From: an uncultured delta proteobacterium
GTDB lineage: Bacteria; Desulfobacterota; Binatia; Binatales; Binataceae
Length of the DNA: 64,000 nt
Reading direction: 5' to 3'
Assembly: GCA_963808235.1 (NCBI GenBank)
Contig: CAWEEQ010000004.1
Span: forward strand, 3,712,001-3,776,000
A program made the translations under genes and the position numbers. Below, piece by piece: positions 40,148 to 49,609 of the stretch; the stretch's first letter is position 1, and every line of letters starts with the position of its first letter. The notes below the pieces were generated by a model that had not been told where the DNA came from, did no database searches, and was given only the letters and a program-made list of their open reading frames with translations.

Positions 40148-43100
40148 ATGCGCTGTCTATCGTGCGGATACGAAAATCCGCCGGACCGCGAGGGGTTCTG
40201 CGGAAAATGTGGCGCATCCTTGGCCGCCACACCGTTCTCCACGTCGACTATCCGCCCGCAAGCAGCCCGGCCGCCATCACTTTCTTTCGGCTCAGGCCGC
40301 TATCGCGCGATTCGTCTGCTTGGCGAAGGCAGCAACAAGAGAGTCTACCTGGCCCGCGACACCAGTCTCGATCGCGACGTGGCCATCGCGGTCCTCAGGA
40401 CCGAAGGACTCGACGAGGCGGGATGCGCACGTGTCCGCCGCGAGGCGCGGGCCATGGCCAGGCTCGGTGACCATCCAAATGTCGTCACGGTCTACGATGT
40501 CGGCGAAGAAAATGGCCAGCCATTCATCGTCAGCCAGTACATGGCTGGAGGCACGGTCGAAGATTTACTGGCCCGGTCGGCGAATCACCGCTTGCCGGTT
40601 GATCAGGTGCTGAAAATCGCGCTCGAAGCCTGCGAGGCTTTGGGACACTCGCATTCGTGCGGCATCGTTCATCGCGATTTCAAACCGGGAAACATCTTTC
40701 TGACCCAGGACGGCAAGTGCAAACTGGGTGACTTCGGCCTCGCCCTAACGATTGGCCAATCGCGCCTGACGGCAGTCAACATAATCGTCGGCACGGTTAG
40801 TTACATGCCACCCGAAGGAATTCTTGGCAAGCCGCTCGACGCGCGCGGCGATCTCTACTCACTTGGGGCCACCCTATACGACATGATAACCGGCCAGCCG
40901 CCCTTCGTGGGCGATGACCTGCGGACGATTCTGGCCCAACATGTCAACAGGGAGCCAGTGCCCCCGTCAACGCTCGCTCCCGGAACGCCCCGCGCGCTAG
41001 ACGAAATCGTCCTGACACTTCTGAAAAAGGACCCCGCAGAACGGCCCCCGAACGCGACCGCAGTGCGAAACAGGCTGCGGATGCTGGCGGCCTCGCCGAA
41101 GACTTCGATGGAGTTGCTGGCGTCCAGCGTGATGCTGGAACGCCCAAATCTGGGCCTCCACCTAGCCCTGGGCGGAACGTACAGCATCCTGTTTTCGGAC
41201 ATAGAGAATTCGACCGCGATGAACGAGGCGCTCGGCGACCAGAAATTTCACGAAGTGCTTCAAATGCACAATTCGATCATCCGCGGGCAGGTCGAAAGTC
41301 ACGGCGGCTTTGAAGTCAAGTCAATGGGCGACGGATTCATGATCACATTCTCGAGCACGCGGCAAGCGCTGGAATGCGCGATCGGCATCCAGCGACAGCT
41401 CGCGGCCTACAGTGATCAGCATCCGAGACAGCCTATCCGCGTCCGAATCGGACTGCACGTTGGCGAGGCGATCAAGGAGGGCCGCGACTTCTTCGGCAGA
41501 AGCGTGAATATGGCCGCGCGGATCGGGGCCAAGGCTCAAGGCGGTACGATCCTGGTGTCTTCGACGTTCAAGGAAGTGACCGAGGGCAGCGGCGGCTTCC
41601 GCTTCGATCACGGCCGCGCGTTTGAACTGCAGGGCTTTTCGGGAATCCATCGCCTTTACCAAGTGGCCTGGCGGGATGAAGAACGCACCTGTCCCAATTG
41701 CTCGAAGCGAATTTCTGCATCATCTCACTCCTGTCCGAATTGTTCGATCTTGTTGCCCGCGATGCCATTTTCGACGCCTCCGGCACCGGACGAGGAGGTG
41801 CCGGCGGGCATCTGTAAGAAATGCGGCCGTGGGATTCCCGTCGATGCGCGCTTTTGTCCGTACTGCAGTGCTGACTTGACGCCACGTCCCGCGATAGTGC
41901 TCGAAGCCGACCAAGCCGCGGATCTTCAGCCAGATCCTGTCGCGCCGGCGTTGGTGCTCGGCGAGGGACAAGCCGCTGGTTTTCAGCATGGTCCTATCGC
42001 GTCTGGCCGAGCGGGGCGTGCATCAACACTTTTGGCGATTGGAGCGATCAGCATTTTCATTACCGCAATCGGCTTCACCGCAACCTACTACTACAAGGAC
42101 ACTTATCTGCCACGGCAGCGGGCGGCGGCCGAAGCTCGTGCCAAGACCGAGAAGGAGGCACAGGCGCAAGCCGCCGCGCAGGAAGCTGAAAGGGCAAAGA
42201 CGGCAGCAGCGACCGAGCAGACGCGACGCAAGGCTGCGGCGCAGCAACAGGCGGCCGCAGAGGAGCACTATGCGAAGTTGAACGTTCAGCTCGAGAAGGC
42301 TGTCGCCGCGGTCCGGCACGCGAAGGCGGGAAGCGAGGCGGAGAAACAGTTTCGCGAGAATGCGATCTCAATTGCGCTCCAGATGAATCCGCCGCCGGCG
42401 ATTCCAGAAGCGGCGCGCCAGCTGCTCAGCGAGGGTGATGGCACGATGAGTCGCGCAACGACCACCTTCGACTATAACGCGGCAGCCGAAAAATATCGCC
42501 GCGCGCTCTGGCTCGCACCATGGCTCGCCTCAGGCTATCAACGATTGGCTCAGGCCGAAGAGAAAGCCGGCAATCTGGAAGCGGCGGTCGGAGCGCTGAA
42601 CTACTGTAGCGCGGGGGTGCGCGACGCTTCGGCCCGCGCAGAGGTACTCAAGAAGGTTGTGGCGATCCAAGCCCAGATCGGAACATTGAAGAAAGAAGCT
42701 GAACTCAAACAAGAGGCGGAGGCGCAGGCCAGGCTCGAAGCATCGAAGAAGGAAGCCGAGCTCAAGCGACAGGCCGACGCACAGGCCAAGCTCGAAGCAT
42801 CGAACAAAGAAGCGGACCTCAAGAGACAGGCTGAAGCGCAGGCCAGGCTCGAAGCTTTGAAGAAGAATTCTGGGGAAGAACAATCCGACGAAAAGGGGAA
42901 TGACAAATCAGCCGAGAGCTCCAACCAAGCTTCTACGGAGCCGAAGTCTGGCGGTCCCCAAGTGCAAGCCGAGCCGAAACCAAAGCCGGAACCCTCTGAC
43001 CAAACCGCTCCTTGCGCCGCCGCTCTTGCGAGCAGGGACTACGCGGCGGCGCTGTCGTCATGTTCGACGGCCGCAGCCCAAGGTGATTCGCACGCGGAGA

Positions 43101-43489
43101 GCAACCTTGGCGTCATGTACCAAAACGGGCTCGGGGTGCCCAAGGACAACGCTGAGGCGCTCAACTGGTACCTCAAGGCGGCGGCCCAGGGGAACGCGGC
43201 TGCTCAGAATTCCTTGGGCGACGTGTACCTATACGGAGTCGGAGCACGGCAGAATTATATAGAAGCGCTGGACTGGTATCAGAAAGCCGCCAGGCAGGGC
43301 GTGGCGAATGCAATGTTCTCTCTGGGCTACATGTACGAGCAGGGTTTGGGTGTCGGGGTGGACAACACGCGGGCCGTTGAATGGTATCAAAAGGCCGCGA
43401 AGCTGGGCTCCGCTGAGGCGAAGAAACGGCTTGGTTCCGGAACCATTCCAAGCAACCCCGCAGTCTACACCAGCGATCCTTCGCCATGA
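40148..43489 (+). CDS. Multidomain protein: zinc ribbon, Ser/Thr kinase, class III adenylate cyclase, two double zinc ribbons, TM helix, TPR/coiled coil, Sel1 repeats
   Basis: HRDFKPGN, DFG, GTVSYMPPE; LFSDIENST, KSMGDG, DFFGRSVNMAAR; CxxC pairs; TM helix near nt 42030-42090; three NLGVMYQNG-type Sel1 repeats. Confidence 0.92.
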   Translation: MRCLSCGYENPPDREGFCGKCGASLAATPFSTSTIRPQAARPPSLSFGSGRYRAIRLLGEGSNKRVYLARDTSLDRDVAIAVLRTEGLDEAGCARVRREARAMARLGDHPNVVTVYDVGEENGQPFIVSQYMAGGTVEDLLARSANHRLPVDQVLKIALEACEALGHSHSCGIVHRDFKPGNIFLTQDGKCKLGDFGLALTIGQSRLTAVNIIVGTVSYMPPEGILGKPLDARGDLYSLGATLYDMITGQPPFVGDDLRTILAQHVNREPVPPSTLAPGTPRALDEIVLTLLKKDPAERPPNATAVRNRLRMLAASPKTSMELLASSVMLERPNLGLHLALGGTYSILFSDIENSTAMNEALGDQKFHEVLQMHNSIIRGQVESHGGFEVKSMGDGFMITFSSTRQALECAIGIQRQLAAYSDQHPRQPIRVRIGLHVGEAIKEGRDFFGRSVNMAARIGAKAQGGTILVSSTFKEVTEGSGGFRFDHGRAFELQGFSGIHRLYQVAWRDEERTCPNCSKRISASSHSCPNCSILLPAMPFSTPPAPDEEVPAGICKKCGRGIPVDARFCPYCSADLTPRPAIVLEADQAADLQPDPVAPALVLGEGQAAGFQHGPIASGRAGRASTLLAIGAISIFITAIGFTATYYYKDTYLPRQRAAAEARAKTEKEAQAQAAAQEAERAKTAAATEQTRRKAAAQQQAAAEEHYAKLNVQLEKAVAAVRHAKAGSEAEKQFRENAISIALQMNPPPAIPEAARQLLSEGDGTMSRATTTFDYNAAAEKYRRALWLAPWLASGYQRLAQAEEKAGNLEAAVGALNYCSAGVRDASARAEVLKKVVAIQAQIGTLKKEAELKQEAEAQARLEASKKEAELKRQADAQAKLEASNKEADLKRQAEAQARLEALKKNSGEEQSDEKGNDKSAESSNQASTEPKSGGPQVQAEPKPKPEPSDQTAPCAAALASRDYAAALSSCSTAAAQGDSHAESNLGVMYQNGLGVPKDNAEALNWYLKAAAQGNAAAQNSLGDVYLYGVGARQNYIEALDWYQKAARQGVANAMFSLGYMYEQGLGVGVDNTRAVEWYQKAAKLGSAEAKKRLGSGTIPSNPAVYTSDPSP
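42689..42859 (+). repeat. Intragenic 57-bp (19-aa) tandem repeat, 3 copies
   Basis: KKEAELKQEAEAQARLEAS / KKEAELKRQADAQAKLEAS / NKEADLKRQAEAQARLEAL. Confidence 0.9.
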
Positions 43490-43652
43490 CGTGAAGAAAT
43501 CTCTCGCGATTTTGTTCAGCCGAGCTTCAGAAGATCAAACGGTTTACTTGCAGCTAGCCCGCCGTCTGCCACTGTTGACACGTCTAAAGCGCGGTGACAG
43601 GATGTTTGCCGTTTCCGCCGTTTCGTCAGCAATTCAAGTCCGGGGGGAGTTT

Positions 43653-44102
43653 ATGAAGCGGTATCTCGTATTCCTTGTGGCTGTGCTTGGGTTGCAGAGC
43701 CATGGATGTGCTTCGATATTTTGGGGTACTCACCAGGATCTCTCCATTGACAGCACGCCAAGTGGGACGCTCGCCAGTCTCTCCGATGGACAGAGCTGTA
43801 CAACGCCATGCAAAGTTCGAATTTCGCGAGGAACCACATATGCGATCAAATTTTCGAAGGACAACTGTGTTGGCCAGACTGAAATGGTCTCCAGCACTGT
43901 ATCAGGGGGTGCAATGGCAGTTTCCTTGATAGGAATCCCGGCGGGTACAATCATTGATTACATGGACGGCGCTGTTTACAGCGCTGACCCAAATCCAGTG
44001 AGTTCCTCGCTTGAATGCAAGCTCCCGTCAGTAGCTAATGCTCCTGCACCTGAAGCTCCGGCGATACTTCCTACAAAAGCTTCGGCCTCTACCTCGCCCT
44101 AG
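43653..44102 (+). CDS. PEGA-like lipoprotein, paralog 1
   Basis: MKRYLVFLVAVLGLQSHGCAS...SIDSTPSG...CTTPC; RBS GGGGAG. Confidence 0.8.
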   Translation: MKRYLVFLVAVLGLQSHGCASIFWGTHQDLSIDSTPSGTLASLSDGQSCTTPCKVRISRGTTYAIKFSKDNCVGQTEMVSSTVSGGAMAVSLIGIPAGTIIDYMDGAVYSADPNPVSSSLECKLPSVANAPAPEAPAILPTKASASTSP

Positions 44103-44152
44103 ACTTCGCGATTGATCCCAAGACCGAAGAGAATTCGGCCCAAGGAGTATCC

Positions 44153-44608
44153 ATGAAGAGACTTCTTGTATGCCTTGTCGCCGTGCTGGGACTGCTGAAT
44201 CATGGATGCGCTTCAGCTATTAGAGGAACTAGCGAAGACCTTTCCATCGAGAGCACACCGAATGCCGCGGTTGCAACTCTTTCTGACGGACAAACTTGTA
44301 CCACACCCTGCACGTTGCGAATTTCAAGAGGAAAAGCTTACGACGTCAAATTTTCAAAAAGCGGCTGCATCGACCAGACTGAAGTCGTTCAACCACATGC
44401 CTCGGGCAGTGGAGTAGCGGAAGCCCTTTTCCCGTTGTTGACCTATTCTCTGGTAGTCGATTCGATGAACGGAGCCATTTACGACGCCAAACCAAATCCC
44501 GTGACTTCGAACCTTCAATGTATGCCCTCATCTGAGCCCACCTTTTTGGCCCCGGTGACTTCATCGGCGTCCGCTCCCAAAGCCGCTGCGTCTGATTTGC
44601 CAAAGTGA
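44153..44608 (+). CDS. PEGA-like lipoprotein, paralog 2
   Basis: MKRLLVCLVAVLGLLNHGCAS...SIESTPNA...CTTPC; collinear with paralog 1. Confidence 0.8.
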   Translation: MKRLLVCLVAVLGLLNHGCASAIRGTSEDLSIESTPNAAVATLSDGQTCTTPCTLRISRGKAYDVKFSKSGCIDQTEVVQPHASGSGVAEALFPLLTYSLVVDSMNGAIYDAKPNPVTSNLQCMPSSEPTFLAPVTSSASAPKAAASDLPK

Positions 44609-44649
44609 TCTTCTTCATCCCCGCGGTCAACGAGTCGACCCAACTCTTC

Positions 44650-44739
44650 GGGTCCCGGCCAGTCGGCGCACTATCGCAGTCAGACCTCCTCCTAAGCTGA
44701 AGTTCATTCCGCGCGGGCGCAATTGCGATGGCGATCTCG
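44650..44739 (+). repeat. 90-bp direct repeat copy 2
   Basis: Identical to 39140-39229. Confidence 0.98.
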
Positions 44740-44923
44740 CGATTGCCGATTCGAGTGCCCCGCGTGACTAAAAGTCGATTTGCGTTCACCTTTCCTGCTC
44801 ACCAACGGTCCATAGTCTGTCAACCGCAAGCGTATCGTGCGACGATCTTCCTGCAGCGCGGCGGCGGCCTTTAATCGCCGGTTGCGGGGGAAGATCGAGG
44901 GGGTGTCTGTCCAGCCGAAATTC

Positions 44924-45940
44924 ATGGAGCCCGAAGCTCCTTTTGCGGTCGAGCGGGTCCTCGTTGGAGAGCATCCCGCGATCGTCAAGCTGCGCGCTCT
45001 GATCGAGCGCGTCGCCCCAACCGAGGCGACCGTGCTGATCATCGGTGAGAGCGGGACCGGCAAAGAAGTGGTCGCGCAGGCGATTCACGCACTCTCGCCG
45101 CGGAACCTGATGCCGTTTGTGCCGGTGAACTGCGCCGCGATTCCTCACGACCTGCTTGAATCCGAAATGTTTGGACATGAGCGGGGCGCATTCACCGGCG
45201 CCGCTGGATCGCGCCATGGGCTTCTGACTACCGCCGATAAAGGCACGATCTTTCTCGACGAAATCGGCGAGATGCCCAATGGCTTGCAGGCCAAGCTGCT
45301 GCGCGTGCTGGAAGACGGCGCGGTGCGGCCAGTCGGCTCCGATCGCGCGAGCCGGGTAAACGTGCGGGTGATTGCCGCGAGCAATGTCGATCTCGCCAAA
45401 GCGGTTGACAAGGGTGCGTTTCGCGCCGACCTTTTCTACCGGCTGCAAGTCGTGCCGATCGTGATTCCTCCGATGCGCGAGCGGCGATCGGATACTCCGC
45501 TGCTCACCGAATTTTTCCTCGATCGGGTTCGCGATCGCACTCCCGGCCGGAGCATCGCAATCAGCCGCGAGGCGATGGTGGCGCTGTGGTCTTACGATTG
45601 GCCGGGCAACGTGCGCGAGCTCGAGCATATGGTCGAGCGGCTGGCGATCCTGTGCGAAGATTCGATCATCGACATTCCGCTACTGCCCGAGAGCCTCGCG
45701 CTTGGCGCGCGTCCGGCGGCGGCCCCGATTCCAGTCCGGCTTGGCGAGACTGGGGTGAACCTCAACGACTTGGTACGGGAATTGGAGGGTAGACTGATAA
45801 ACGATGCACTAAAGCAGAGCGGAGGAAACAAACAGGCTGCGGCGCGACTGCTCGGACTGAAGCGGACGACATTTTCCGCGAAGCTGCGGCGCTGCGGCGT
45901 GATAGCTACGGCATCTTCGGACGAGAACGAGGAAGACTAG
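44924..45940 (+). CDS. Sigma-54-dependent transcriptional activator (AAA+ and Fis HTH, no N-terminal sensor domain)
   Basis: [49 protein letters not shown]. Start is uncertain (44903 or 44924). Confidence 0.93.
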   Translation: MEPEAPFAVERVLVGEHPAIVKLRALIERVAPTEATVLIIGESGTGKEVVAQAIHALSPRNLMPFVPVNCAAIPHDLLESEMFGHERGAFTGAAGSRHGLLTTADKGTIFLDEIGEMPNGLQAKLLRVLEDGAVRPVGSDRASRVNVRVIAASNVDLAKAVDKGAFRADLFYRLQVVPIVIPPMRERRSDTPLLTEFFLDRVRDRTPGRSIAISREAMVALWSYDWPGNVRELEHMVERLAILCEDSIIDIPLLPESLALGARPAAAPIPVRLGETGVNLNDLVRELEGRLINDALKQSGGNKQAAARLLGLKRTTFSAKLRRCGVIATASSDENEED

Positions 45941-45956
45941 CCGGGCAAGGATTGGT

Positions 45957-46406
45957 ATGGACGAAGCAATCAGAGCGCCCCAGATAATGATCGTTGACGA
46001 CGATCAGGACACAGTTGCAATCCTGGCGCGGCATCTGCAACGCGAAGGCTTTGTCCCAATAGAAGCCCACTCCGGCGCCCAGTGTCTCAAACTGGTACTG
46101 GAGAACGAAGTCGACGTGATCCTGCTCGATCTCATGATGCCGGAGATGGACGGGTTCCAGGTGGTCAAAGAACTCAGGAAAAATCCCGTCACCGCGGAGA
46201 TCCCGATAATCATGATCACCGCGCGCGACGACCTGGACGCGCGGGCTGAGGGGATGCGCCTCGGGGTCAGCGACTTCCTTGCCAAGCCGGTGTTCCGCCG
46301 TCAGCTCGCGAGCCGGGTCCGCGCGCAGCTGGAGGTGGTGGAGACGGCGCGCAACGCGACGGCCGCGATGGATCGACTCGACGCGGCCACCAAGCGGTCG
46401 CACTAA
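45957..46406 (+). CDS. Stand-alone response regulator (receiver domain)
   Basis: IVDDD, LLDLMMPEMDG, IMITAR, DFLAKP. Confidence 0.93.
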   Translation: MDEAIRAPQIMIVDDDQDTVAILARHLQREGFVPIEAHSGAQCLKLVLENEVDVILLDLMMPEMDGFQVVKELRKNPVTAEIPIIMITARDDLDARAEGMRLGVSDFLAKPVFRRQLASRVRAQLEVVETARNATAAMDRLDAATKRSH

Positions 46407-46571
46407 ACGCTGACGCGAATCGATTTCAACGTCGACCGATGCAGTCCGTGCGCTGCACGTTATTGCATTGCGATCTCCCGAGCCCTTCGATTACAAGTTA
46501 AGCGTTCGTATTGTCGGCGGTTCGTTTTGAATCGATCGTCCTGAATCGACCGCTCAAGGAGAAAATTCGCG

Positions 46572-46940
46572 ATGAACGGCGACTCCCGCACCCAGCAATC
46601 CCACGTAATCGCCGCGCTCTCATACCTGCTCGGCTTTATCACCGGCCTGATTTTCCTTTACATCGAGCCGTACAGCCAGGACGACTACGTCCGCTTCCAC
46701 GCGCGCCAGTCGATCGGGTTTTCGGTCGCATGGTTTGCGATAAGTGTGATCCTCGGCGTGTTTATCGCGGTGCTGCCACAATTTCTGAGCGTGATCCTGG
46801 GCTTTCTGCTCGACATCATCGACATTGCGCTCGCGTGCTACTGGATCTTCCTGATGTACAAGGCGTACAGCGGCGAGCGCTATCGCATTCCCGAGCTTGC
46901 GGACATCGTCGATAGCATCGCGGGCACTCCCGCCGCTTAA
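46572..46940 (+). CDS. DUF4870-like small membrane protein
   Basis: AALSYLLGFITG, VRFHARQS, KAYSGERYRIP. Confidence 0.85.
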   Translation: MNGDSRTQQSHVIAALSYLLGFITGLIFLYIEPYSQDDYVRFHARQSIGFSVAWFAISVILGVFIAVLPQFLSVILGFLLDIIDIALACYWIFLMYKAYSGERYRIPELADIVDSIAGTPAA

Positions 46941-46975
46941 GCTCGCTCCAGTCGCGCGGCGCAAGCTCTGAAGTT

Positions 46976-49312
46976 CTATTTCTCGGTGGACGCGATGGCT
47001 GCAGATGCCTCCGCGGCTACGGCCTCGGCGGCCGGCGTGTTGTCGGCCGGCTGAGCGTTGGCCGGCTGATCCTCAGCAGGATGGTCTTCAGCGGGATGAT
47101 CTTCGGCCGCCGCGTCGTTTAGATGGCCGTCGGCGATTGTGACGGGCGCGCGCGTCTGCGCTTGTATATTTGCGATTCCCTGGGTCGCGAGTTTCAGGCT
47201 CGGCTCGAGGTTGATAGCGTCGAGCACGCGGCGGGAAACTTCATCGGTGATCTGCGGCGCGGTGCGGGACTCGGCCGGGTAGCGGATAATTATCTCGAGG
47301 CCGGACTGGCTAAGATGCATGCGGCTCTGCGGCTTGGGCGTTTCGAGGATGATGTTGAGATCGTGTTCGAGATGCCGAAATTCGGCGAGCACGCGGTCGC
47401 GATAACGCGCGAAGACTTCATCGACGGCGTCGAGCAGGCGTTTTTCCGCGAGCCGGTAATCGCAATCCGGCGCAAGCGTGAGCCGGATCTCGTTCCACAC
47501 GAAGCTGGTCCCGGGCGCCTGCTTGAAAAAGTTTCCCGACGGCTGGAACACGACCGCATTTGAGAACACCACTACGCGGCCGGTGGGCTGGCGATGGGTC
47601 CCGCTGCCGCTGAGTTCCATCATCGAGAGCTTCACCAATCCAATATCGATCACGTCGCCGGTGACGCCGCCGATTTGCACCCGATCGCCGGCCTTGATTC
47701 CGAATCGTCCGATCAGAAAGAAGTAGCCCGCGATCGACAGGATCACGTTCTGCAGCGCGACCGCGATTCCGGCGGCGGCGAATCCAACCACGGTCGCGGC
47801 CGAGCCGAGCTCGTCGGAGAAGTTGAGCAGCACCACGGCGAGAATGAGCAGGCCGATCACCAGCCGGCGCGCCGCCAGCACCTGCCCGCGGCGGCGGATA
47901 TCCTGCACGTAGCGATGCGTGAGCCATCGCCACACCTGCCCGCCGAGAAAGATCACGCCCAAGGCGGCGGCAAGTCCGAACAGCCGGAAAATCAGGCGCC
48001 TGAACTCCGTGGTCCAGCGATCGTTGATCGTCGCGCGCCAGCGCTCGAGGTTGTTGGTATAGATCCCCAGCAGCACCATCTGCTTGGACAGCGGCAGAGC
48101 GCTCGCGCTCGCGATTTTGTGCTCGGCGAGTAAATTCTCGAAGGCTTGCTTGCGATCCTGGAGCGTCGCCACATTGCCGGCCCCCCCGGTCTGGGCGAGT
48201 TGGTAGCCGCCGGCGTCAAGCGCGCCGATTCGTTTGAGAATCGGATCGCGAACCTGTTTGATTCGCGCGGCCAGCGCCCTGGTCTGATCGGCGCTCCGCT
48301 CAAGCGAATCCATCCTGCCCTGGAGCGCGATTAGATCCGTGGTGAGGCTCAGAATGCCTGACGGTTCGACGGCTGGGTGCGCCGGTACAACGGGCTTGGC
48401 GTTACGCTCTGCGTCGGAGATCGAATGATCGAGTTGATCGATTTCTCCGGCCAGAGATTGTTCGGGCGCCGCGCTGCCGGCTTGGAATTGCACGAATGCG
48501 TTCAGCGCGTCGATCCGCGCGTTGACCAGATCGAGCTCGTTTTGTGCGCTCGCGATCTCGGCGGAGAGCGCCGCACGCTGCTTAGCGGGCGACTTCTTCA
48601 GCTGCGCTCGCAGATCCCTCAGATGCGCCTGCAACGCGGTCGCGCTCGCTTGCATCTGAACGAACTTTTGCTTGATGTCGCTGGGGGTGTCGGATGCCGT
48701 CGGCGCCGCGACGACCTCCGCGGGTGCGGCGCTGCCCGTCTTTTGCGTGGGCTTGACCGTGGTCTGCCCGGTGGTTGCGGCGATAAAGGTCGCCTGCGCG
48801 CGCGCGTACTCGAAAGCAAGACTCAGGATCTGGTTCGCGACCTGGCGGTCATCGGCGAAGAAAAGCGTTTCTTCAGGCTCGACGACCAGTTGGCCCTCGG
48901 TGCCGAGATGGCGGTACCAGCCGATCACATCACTCAGATACGCGATGACGGTTTGCGGATTCGTCGGCGAGAACGTGGCTTGTTTCTGCGCCGCGGAACT
49001 CGGGCCTGCGGACGGCGGCGCGGCAGCAGACGTGGGATTGGTGGCTTGAGAACTCGCGAGCGGGGAAGGAGCGGCTGCGATCGCGCCGGTACTTGCGCTC
49101 GAACTTAAGCTCGAACTTGCGCCGATTCTCGATGCCGGCATTGCAGTGGACAGTGCCGAAGGCGCGAGACTCGCAGCCAGCGAGCGCCGCGTCGATCCGA
49201 AAATGGCGGCGGTCGCACCGAGCGAGGCGACCGCCACGATGACGAGCGGTATCGTGCTGTTACGACGGCGGATTCCGATAGATGAAAGTGGGGTCTTGCG
49301 ACGCGAACGCAT
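46976..49312 (-). CDS. MscS-family mechanosensitive channel with large N-terminal coiled-coil region
   Basis: GFAAAGIAVALQNVILSIAG, IKAGDRVQIGGVTGDVIDIG. Confidence 0.9.
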   Translation of the reverse strand: MRSRRKTPLSSIGIRRRNSTIPLVIVAVASLGATAAIFGSTRRSLAASLAPSALSTAMPASRIGASSSLSSSASTGAIAAAPSPLASSQATNPTSAAAPPSAGPSSAAQKQATFSPTNPQTVIAYLSDVIGWYRHLGTEGQLVVEPEETLFFADDRQVANQILSLAFEYARAQATFIAATTGQTTVKPTQKTGSAAPAEVVAAPTASDTPSDIKQKFVQMQASATALQAHLRDLRAQLKKSPAKQRAALSAEIASAQNELDLVNARIDALNAFVQFQAGSAAPEQSLAGEIDQLDHSISDAERNAKPVVPAHPAVEPSGILSLTTDLIALQGRMDSLERSADQTRALAARIKQVRDPILKRIGALDAGGYQLAQTGGAGNVATLQDRKQAFENLLAEHKIASASALPLSKQMVLLGIYTNNLERWRATINDRWTTEFRRLIFRLFGLAAALGVIFLGGQVWRWLTHRYVQDIRRRGQVLAARRLVIGLLILAVVLLNFSDELGSAATVVGFAAAGIAVALQNVILSIAGYFFLIGRFGIKAGDRVQIGGVTGDVIDIGLVKLSMMELSGSGTHRQPTGRVVVFSNAVVFQPSGNFFKQAPGTSFVWNEIRLTLAPDCDYRLAEKRLLDAVDEVFARYRDRVLAEFRHLEHDLNIILETPKPQSRMHLSQSGLEIIIRYPAESRTAPQITDEVSRRVLDAINLEPSLKLATQGIANIQAQTRAPVTIADGHLNDAAAEDHPAEDHPAEDQPANAQPADNTPAAEAVAAEASAAIASTEK

Positions 49313-49609
49313 CAGGAAACCTTACCATGCGGTCCGAGAGCAGTTCGATCAGGGGTAAGAATTGCGCAGAGCAGATGTTGCGAGAAGAGTAATTTATACC
49401 ACCTGTTGTGGCTTTGGGAAGACCAGGCTCTATGCGTAGCTTCGTTCCGTCAAAAATGTTTTCGTTCATCCCCAAGGTGAGAGGCGCGCATTAAGCTCGA
49501 CGACAGGCGCCGCTCACGACCGCGCGCGACTGCATCGCGCGCGACGACTCTCACCGGTAAGGCGAACAGGCGCATAAGAATCGTCGCGTCGGCTCTTAGC
49601 GAAGTGTGC

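Larger units (their letters stand above)
39140..44739. mobile_element. Integrase-free genomic islet (5510-bp period) flanked by perfect 90-bp direct repeats
   Basis: Perfect direct repeats; four cargo genes; visibly lower GC in the lipoprotein genes; no recombinase. Confidence 0.8.

Noticed and set aside
46453-46470. Sigma-54 promoter near the activator gene
   Set aside because: CTGCACGTTATTGCA lacks the invariant GG at -24.
49330-49475. Small ORF or gene remnant (MNENIFDGTKLRIE) upstream of the MscS gene
   Set aside because: It is an AT-richer patch that may be a remnant, but it is too short to assign.
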